A stretch of 56,288 nucleotides of DNA from an uncultured Treponema sp. (lineage in GTDB: Bacteria; Spirochaetota; Spirochaetia; Treponematales; Treponemataceae), in NCBI GenBank assembly GCA_964527175.1, contig CAZGQQ010000002.1:1-56288 (forward strand), read 5' to 3'. Within the stretch, counting starts at the first letter, position 1, and each line of letters begins with the position of its first letter. The translations under genes and the position numbers were made by a program. The notes under the pieces are model-generated. The model was not told the DNA's origin. It ran no database searches and saw only the letters and a program-made list of their open reading frames with translations. Below, piece after piece: positions 10,067 to 16,508 of this stretch.

Positions 10067-11247
10067 GAGTGTATCCTCCGGGAGTTCTCTTTCCCGACTG
10101 AAATGACCGTATCAATGACATGGGTAATCATCTGTTCGGTCATGTCCGGCCACAGGGGGAGGGTTATGGTCGTATCGTATCGCCGTGCCGCGTTCGGGAA
10201 ATCGGTTCTGGAAAGTCCATAGCGATTTTTGCACCAGGTCAGTTCAAAGTGGGGAATGAAATGCATTGATATTCCCAATCCCGCATCCCGAAGTGCTCGT
10301 CCAAAATGGTCGCGATCGCACTCCATGCGTTCCGGCACAATTCCCAAAAGATACAGGTGCCAGGCATGCCCGTCACCATCCGGCGGTATCGACAGAAAGT
10401 CGTATGGGGCAAAAGCCTCCGAGTAGCGTTGCGCAATTTTGCGCCGTTTCTCAAAAAATGACGGAGCGCGTTTGAGCTGTTCACGGCCTATTGCAGAAAG
10501 AATGTCCGGAAGATTGCATTTCCAGCCTTCTTCGGTTACATCGTACATCCATTCTGCCTTGCTCGATGTATACCGGTCCCAGACGGGTCTATCGATACCG
10601 TGGCAACGGAGGCGGGAAATATGCCGGGCAAGTGCATCATCATTGACACATACCATTCCGCCTTCACCGGTAGTAATTGTTTTTGTTGCGTAAAAGGAAA
10701 AAACGCCGGCATCGGCAATGGTGCCGGCATATCCGTTTTCTGTTTTGGACGGAAACGCATGAGCGGCATCTTCAATCACCGAAACATCCGACTTGTGTGC
10801 AGCACTGCAAATACGGGTCATGTCGCAGGGAAGGCCGGCAATATGTACCGGCACGACTGCTCGAATGTCACGGTTGTGCAATAACGCTTTTTCCACTTCT
10901 TCCGGATCAATATTGAATCCGTCCCTTTCTATGTCAGCGTACATGACTTCTGCGCCAAGGTGGATGGCGGCTGTCGCGGTTGAAACAAAGGTGTAGGGGG
11001 TGGTGAGTATTCTGGTTCCCGGGCCAACCCCGAGCGCCTGCATCGCAAGCATGAGACCAGACGTAGCGCTATTCACGGCAAGTGCGTGTGGGCAGGAGAC
11101 GAACCGGGCAAATTCTTCTTCAAACAGCCGGGTTTCGTTTCCGGTTGTAAGCCAACCGGAACGCATGACCCGCAAAACAGCTTCTTCATCACTGGAGGTA
11201 AGAGACGGTTTGAAAAAGGGAACGGTTACGGTTTTCTTTTCAGACAT
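10063..11247 (-). CDS. DegT/DnrJ/EryC1/StrS PLP-dependent sugar aminotransferase
   Basis: SGWLTTG, VNSATSGL, PVHIAG, IEDAAHA, FSFYATKTITTGEGG (catalytic Lys), WHLY and TLPL. Confidence 0.95.
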   Translation of the reverse strand: MSEKKTVTVPFFKPSLTSSDEEAVLRVMRSGWLTTGNETRLFEEEFARFVSCPHALAVNSATSGLMLAMQALGVGPGTRILTTPYTFVSTATAAIHLGAEVMYADIERDGFNIDPEEVEKALLHNRDIRAVVPVHIAGLPCDMTRICSAAHKSDVSVIEDAAHAFPSKTENGYAGTIADAGVFSFYATKTITTGEGGMVCVNDDALARHISRLRCHGIDRPVWDRYTSSKAEWMYDVTEEGWKCNLPDILSAIGREQLKRAPSFFEKRRKIAQRYSEAFAPYDFLSIPPDGDGHAWHLYLLGIVPERMECDRDHFGRALRDAGLGISMHFIPHFELTWCKNRYGLSRTDFPNAARRYDTTITLPLWPDMTEQMITHVIDTVISVGKENSRRIHS

Positions 11248-12745
11248 GGCGGGTATCCCTGAAGGTCGGTATCGCATGGGCTATTCGGGAAAACAGCGTA
11301 TCCCGGTTTCGGTAATCAGCTTCCGTTTCCCGGCTCAGGAAACAAACGGGGCGAAGCGACTCCATGATTGCGCTGGTGTCGACCGTTTGTTCCGTTTTTG
11401 TTTTTGCGAGCCGGAGTATACGGGGGTAGTCGGTTTTTGTTGGTGTTTCATCAGGATTCCAGAGCGGTTCATCGAGTCGTTCCCCACTTCTGCGGCCGAT
11501 AAAAGTAATGGGAATGTCTTTATCCGGTTCGTACCCCATGAACCGGATTAACTGTTCTGCAACTTCAAGAATTCGTACCGGTTCGCCCATATCAAGCAGA
11601 TAGGATTCACCATTTTTTCCAACGCCACCGGTTTTGAGCACCAGTGAACAGGCTTCGGGGATGGTCATGAAATAGCGGACCATTTCAGGATCGGTCACGG
11701 TTACCGGGCCTCCCTTTCGTATCTGGCTGATAAACAGGGGAAGAATTGAACCACGGGAACCAAGAACATTACCAAAGCGGACAAACATGAAAGACCGGTT
11801 TTCTCCGCGTGCTGTTGTTTCCGCATCCGCCTGTCGTGCTGCTTCCATAACCATGTGTTCACAGAGCATCTTGGAAACTCCGTATACCGATACCGGTTGA
11901 ACTGCCTTGTCTGTGGAAATGAGCACAAAACGGGTCACTCCCGACTCCTTGCATGCTGAAAGGAGGTTTGCCGTACCGAATACGTTGTTTTCAATAACCG
12001 CCACGGGATTCTCTTCCATGAGCGGGACATGTTTGTATGCCGCGGTGTGGAACACGACATCACAGCGGAGCTGGCGAAGTATGTAGTGCATGTAATCGCG
12101 GTTTCTCATATCACCAATAACCGGAACAATGGTAGCCTTTTCTCCGACACCTCCGTCCTGCAGCAGACGAAGCTCACGGTCTATCTGATAAATCGAGTTT
12201 TCACCATGTCCGAAGAGAAAGAGCCGTTCTGCCCCTCCGGAAAGCAGTTGTCTGGCCAGCTCACTGCCGATTGATCCGCCGGCACCGGTAATAAGTACCC
12301 GTTTTCCCCGCAAATAGGACAGGCTTTCCTTGAGATTGATCGCGACAGGAGCTCTGCCGAGAAGGTCCTGGGGATCAATCTGGCGTGCCTGGATGAGATG
12401 TGCCTCTCCCTCAAGAATCTGTGAAATACCGGGGAGTATGCTTATCTTGCTGAAGCCGGCATCTTTGAGTATTGCGTAGATATTGCGCATGGCAGCAGGA
12501 CCTGCGCTGGGAATGGCAATGAGTGCTTCGTCATTTGGTTGAATGCGGATGAGACTGGCAATGCTGCGAATGGGTCCCACAACGGGGACGTCCCCGATTG
12601 TTGTGCCTATTTTTGCGCTGTCATCATCGAGAAACGCGCGTACGGTTCCGAATATGCCCTTCTGGGCAATTTCACGGGCAACCATGGATCCGGCAAAACC
12701 CGCGCCGATTATATATACGTTTTTTTCGGTATGATCCCGCACCAT
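11240..12745 (-). CDS. CapD/PglF-type nucleoside-diphosphate-sugar 4,6-dehydratase (soluble form)
   Basis: VLITGAGGSIGSEL, FHTAAYKHVPLME, ISTDKAV, YGVSK, VRFGNVLGSRGS and RYFMTIPEA; N-terminal IIGAG..G Rossmann-like domain. Confidence 0.93.
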   Translation of the reverse strand: MVRDHTEKNVYIIGAGFAGSMVAREIAQKGIFGTVRAFLDDDSAKIGTTIGDVPVVGPIRSIASLIRIQPNDEALIAIPSAGPAAMRNIYAILKDAGFSKISILPGISQILEGEAHLIQARQIDPQDLLGRAPVAINLKESLSYLRGKRVLITGAGGSIGSELARQLLSGGAERLFLFGHGENSIYQIDRELRLLQDGGVGEKATIVPVIGDMRNRDYMHYILRQLRCDVVFHTAAYKHVPLMEENPVAVIENNVFGTANLLSACKESGVTRFVLISTDKAVQPVSVYGVSKMLCEHMVMEAARQADAETTARGENRSFMFVRFGNVLGSRGSILPLFISQIRKGGPVTVTDPEMVRYFMTIPEACSLVLKTGGVGKNGESYLLDMGEPVRILEVAEQLIRFMGYEPDKDIPITFIGRRSGERLDEPLWNPDETPTKTDYPRILRLAKTKTEQTVDTSAIMESLRPVCFLSRETEADYRNRDTLFSRIAHAIPTFRDTRHV

Positions 12746-13266
12746 CAGGAATGCTCCAGCAGGGTAAATGCCAGATCTACCAGAAATGAATTGCTGTACA
12801 GATCCAGTTTGACCCGTGCACGTCGTTTTCGCTTGTCTACCTTTACAATCATACCTTCAAGCCCCTTGAGCGGACCGGCGTCAACATGGATGCGGTCGTT
12901 TTCATCAAATGTTACCGTGGACGATTCGGCAACGGGTCCAAAAGAAACAAAATGCTTCAGTGTTGCCAGATCTCGTCCTTCCATCGGCTGTATGTTCTGA
13001 TTATCCGGCAGATAGCGGTAAAATCCCGGAATTGATCTGAGTTTCCAGTAAAAAATTGCAGGATCCAGAACTGTTTCAAGAAACAGATATCCGGGGAAAA
13101 TGGGACTGCATTCTTTGCGGGTACTGCCGAGCTTTCGTATCTGGAGCATCCTTCTGGGGAACAGCAGTCTGACTGCATCCTGATCTCCGGAAAAGATGGT
13201 GCTTGACGCAATGTGGATGAACTTGTTTTCTGCACGGGTTTTTACCTGAAGGGCAAAATAGTTCAT
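12745..13266 (-). CDS. loaP: NusG-paralogue transcription antiterminator (LoaP/UpxY type)
   Basis: MNYFALQVKT, PIFPGYLFL (NGN domain) and KOW region GPLKGLEGMIVKVDKRKRRARVKL with the basic LoaP-like patch. Confidence 0.82.
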   Translation of the reverse strand: MNYFALQVKTRAENKFIHIASSTIFSGDQDAVRLLFPRRMLQIRKLGSTRKECSPIFPGYLFLETVLDPAIFYWKLRSIPGFYRYLPDNQNIQPMEGRDLATLKHFVSFGPVAESSTVTFDENDRIHVDAGPLKGLEGMIVKVDKRKRRARVKLDLYSNSFLVDLAFTLLEHS

Positions 13267-13391
13267 GTGATTCAGGATATCACAGGGATCAAAAAAAGAA
13301 AATAGCGGGCAGCAATGCCCTCTGGCGGTCACAATAAAACACTCATATCTTTTCTGAAAAATCCGATATTCTAACGGAAGGGGAGGATACT

Positions 13392-13922
13392 ATGCACCCA
13401 CAGTTGAGAGCACTCGTATATATGGTACTGATTTCATTTTCCGCCGCATTGGCTGCAGAAACGGTAACCATAACAGTTGTACAGAATAAAAAAGCGCCGG
13501 AAATGGCACTTTCCATGAGCCGTATTGTTGAAGATGCCCTTCTCGGGGTGTATTTTGATAGTGGCAAAATTGTAACGACCACAGACATAGCATTTGACGG
13601 TAACCGGTATCATGACAAGAATTATGGTGTCAAAGCCGCTGCCCATGGCCTGTCTGATTATGTTTTGGTAGTATACCTGGATTACGGTAATTCAGAGAAA
13701 ATCCACAGCGAATCGAACAAGAAGTATGCTGAATTGAAAAAGGCTTCGTGGAAACTGGTTCGTGTAATCGACAGTGAAACGGTAGCGGAACAGTCTCTCG
13801 ACCTGAGTGCTGTACCGGTACGCGATTTTGATCCTGAAATGCAGATACGCATGCTGGGAGAACTGATAGCGCGCAATTCGATAGAAAAAATGCGTGAGGT
13901 ACGAGAAGGGGAGAATCAGTGA
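13392..13922 (+). CDS. Hypothetical exported protein
   Basis: Signal peptide ending ALA-AET; strong SD GGGGAGG; coupled to the next gene. Confidence 0.7.
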   Translation: MHPQLRALVYMVLISFSAALAAETVTITVVQNKKAPEMALSMSRIVEDALLGVYFDSGKIVTTTDIAFDGNRYHDKNYGVKAAAHGLSDYVLVVYLDYGNSEKIHSESNKKYAELKKASWKLVRVIDSETVAEQSLDLSAVPVRDFDPEMQIRMLGELIARNSIEKMREVREGENQ

Positions 13923-15256
13923 TGAAACAGAGCGCACGATATTTTGGTTTGCTTTGCATTCTGGTGAGCTTTCCGCTTGCCTTTATTTGGGCTACCTGGG
14001 AAGGAAATGCCGGAACCGGAGCTTCTTCGGATTTCCCCGGGTCAGGATTATATGCAAGAAGCGACATGTTTCCCCGGAACACCATTGTACAGATAGAAAA
14101 CCTGGAGACGGGAAGTACTGTGCGCGCCGTCATAACCGGATCATCCGGTGTACCCGGTCTGGTTGCCGTTCTCTCCCCGGATACTGCTTCAGCGTTGAAT
14201 ATTCGACAGGGTGCTGTCGTACGTGTTCGTATAACCGTTCCTTCTCCCGTTTCTGAACGCCCTGCACCGGGAACACTGGCAACCGATGATCAGTTGACCG
14301 TAACAGATCCCGATGTGAATCCCCGATCGGCGGTTACCTCTGCAAATCCCGCAGATCCGGTTATACCGCTGTCGGTTATTGCGGAGAGCGCGGATACGGA
14401 CATGGTGAGTGTTCCGGAAGCGGCCGAAATGGAAACTTTTGATGAGGCACTTGCCAATGGCGAGAGCACAATGCCGGAAGAGGCCATGCCCGGAGAAATG
14501 CTTGATGACGCTGCTGTGGCTGCTACCGCCGAAGTTGCTGCATCTCCCGTGGAAGATCTCCCCGCGACAGAACTGCCGGTTGAAGAAGTACCTGATGACC
14601 AGATGGCGACTGTTCAGGATGAAACACCTGCTCCCGAACTTGCAGAACAGGATTCGGTCATGTACGACGAACCGCAGCTCGTTCTTCCTGATGAAGAAGC
14701 AGCAGTTGCAGACACCGTAACACTCGAACCGGCAGAACCGCTCCCGCCGGAAAGTGAAGAAACGGCAATCCCGGTCGTTCCGCCCGTTTCGGAACCAGTT
14801 GTAGAATTTGTTGAAGAAGAGATACCGGTGGTAGATACTCCACCTGTTTTTGCGGCAATTGCCGTACCTTCGGAACAGACAGTTCTGGAAGATGCACTAG
14901 TTGTTGAGACACCAGTTGTTGAGACACCCATACCTGAAGTTGAAGCATCCCGGGAAAGCGAACCGAAAGGTACCGAAGTGGTACAACCGTCTTACACGGG
15001 AGATATCCCCTTCGTAGACCGCATTGAAAAGGGTTCGTACTATGTACAGATCGCTGTGTACCGGGAATCCGTGAATGTCCGTACGGTACTGAACCGTTTT
15101 GGCAAGAAATATCCGGTTGTTGTTGAAAAAGGCAGTTCATCCGGAAAAACGGTCATGAAAGTTTCCATAGGGCCATTGCAGAAGGATGAATACGGAGCAG
15201 TTCTTGAATACTTCCAGAAGAACGGCTTCTCTGACGCATTTGTACGACAGGAATAG
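13919..15256 (+). CDS. Exported protein with RlpA-like double-psi beta-barrel, acidic linker and C-terminal SPOR domain
   Basis: N-terminal FPRNTIVQIENLETGSTVRAVI..LSPDTASAL; E/P/V-rich linker; C-terminal YYVQIAVY...KVSIGP...GFSDAFV. Confidence 0.78.
   Translation: MMKQSARYFGLLCILVSFPLAFIWATWEGNAGTGASSDFPGSGLYARSDMFPRNTIVQIENLETGSTVRAVITGSSGVPGLVAVLSPDTASALNIRQGAVVRVRITVPSPVSERPAPGTLATDDQLTVTDPDVNPRSAVTSANPADPVIPLSVIAESADTDMVSVPEAAEMETFDEALANGESTMPEEAMPGEMLDDAAVAATAEVAASPVEDLPATELPVEEVPDDQMATVQDETPAPELAEQDSVMYDEPQLVLPDEEAAVADTVTLEPAEPLPPESEETAIPVVPPVSEPVVEFVEEEIPVVDTPPVFAAIAVPSEQTVLEDALVVETPVVETPIPEVEASRESEPKGTEVVQPSYTGDIPFVDRIEKGSYYVQIAVYRESVNVRTVLNRFGKKYPVVVEKGSSSGKTVMKVSIGPLQKDEYGAVLEYFQKNGFSDAFVRQE
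14899..14928 (+). repeat. Perfect 15-bp tandem repeat (2 copies) inside the SPOR-protein linker
   Basis: AGTTGTTGAGACACC x2, encoding VVETP-VVETP. Confidence 0.85.
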
Positions 15257-15263
15257 AACTTCA

Positions 15264-16331
15264 GTGGAATATGCACAAAGTTTGAAACTTCTGGTTGAAC
15301 GCGCACCGGTTTTCAGCGGCCGTGATTTGCATGTCACGGTCGTTGCGAATCCGGTAGCCGGCGGATTTACCCAGAAAAAACGTATCATTGAAAACAGGAA
15401 TTTTATTGAAGAAGCTGTTGAACGCGTTCAAAAAAGACCCGTGACAACACGGTCGTGTTCGCTGGTTTCCCATTTCACCAATGCCGCCGGTCATGCCGAA
15501 GCGCTTGCCCGGGCTGTTTTTTTTCAGGCAGAGAAAGACAGTAACCCTTCCGCCCTGTATTTGCTGATTACTGCCGGGGGCGACGGAACCAGTCTCGAGG
15601 TGCAGGCAGCTTTTACGCATGAAGTGCTTGTAAACGGGAAACGGACTCTTGTTGATCGTGTCTGCTTCATCCGAATGCCTTTTGGAACCGGTAATGATGC
15701 AACCGATGGAAGAACCCTCGATCAAACCCTTGCATTGCTGACCGGAGAAGCCTATTTCGCCCGTCAGGGTGCTGTCAGGCTGTATTCAACGGTGAATGAA
15801 AAAGTCAATTACCATGCTTTCAATATCGCGAGCATCGGACTTGATGCTTTTGTGACGCATATGACCAACAAGTTGAAGCGCATCATACCCGGAAATTTTT
15901 ACAAAGTGTGGGTGGATGCTGCCTGTCTGTTCTACAACAAAATGTACACCATCGATCGAATGTCGGTTACCGCCATGGATTTGAATGACGAAGTCATTTT
16001 CTCTCATGAGGATCAAATGCTTCTGTACGCAATGGGTGTCTCGGGATTCAGAACGTACGGGTCAAACCAGAAAATACTGCCCGATACAAACAATGTGTGT
16101 GGTGTTCGTGAAATGCCGCTTCTGAGGAAGTTGAAGCTGAAAAAACTGTTCCGGTTTGGTGCACATCGAGCAGTTCCCGAAACAGTGCTCTATTCTGCAA
16201 AAAAAGTCATCATTACCTATAACCGGAAGATTCTCGCCCAGGTCGACGGTGAGTCTCACCGTATTTCCCCGGGCGATTTCCCCCTGATCATGGAATGCAC
16301 CGAACCGTTTATTACCATATTGAAACTGTAA
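15264..16331 (+). CDS. Diacylglycerol/lipid kinase family protein
   Basis: VANPVAG, AGGDGT, PFGTGND, FNIASIGLDA and QVDGE; GTG start inferred. Confidence 0.88.
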   Translation: MEYAQSLKLLVERAPVFSGRDLHVTVVANPVAGGFTQKKRIIENRNFIEEAVERVQKRPVTTRSCSLVSHFTNAAGHAEALARAVFFQAEKDSNPSALYLLITAGGDGTSLEVQAAFTHEVLVNGKRTLVDRVCFIRMPFGTGNDATDGRTLDQTLALLTGEAYFARQGAVRLYSTVNEKVNYHAFNIASIGLDAFVTHMTNKLKRIIPGNFYKVWVDAACLFYNKMYTIDRMSVTAMDLNDEVIFSHEDQMLLYAMGVSGFRTYGSNQKILPDTNNVCGVREMPLLRKLKLKKLFRFGAHRAVPETVLYSAKKVIITYNRKILAQVDGESHRISPGDFPLIMECTEPFITILKL

Positions 16332-16508
16332 GCGGAAGCGGACGACTGTTATATATAGATTACTGAGTTATCTTTATATTACCTACCGCAACAATGTTTA
16401 TACTTCTTTCCGCTTCCGGGCGGAAGCACTTTTCACATCGTGCAATGATTACTGTCTTTTTAAAAATTTACCTACCACAGCAATGTTTATACTTCTTTCC
16501 GCTTCCGC
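16332..16508. repeat. Diverged ~89-bp tandem duplication including the last 12 codons and stop of secA
   Basis: 16379-16418 matches 16468-16507 at 38/40 nt. GATTACTG recurs at 16358 and 16447; GCGGAAGC recurs at 16332 and 16420. Confidence 0.9.

Noticed and set aside
13291-13302. A-tract upstream of loaP as a phase-variation switch
   Set aside because: The run is only A7, and similar runs are frequent throughout the window.
16332-16508. CRISPR array, integron attC or DGR template/variable repeat as explanations of the secA-end repeat
   Set aside because: There are only two copies and no cas, integrase or reverse transcriptase gene. It lacks RYYYAAC/GTTRRRY ends, and the two differences are reciprocal synonymous swaps rather than one-directional adenine mutagenesis.
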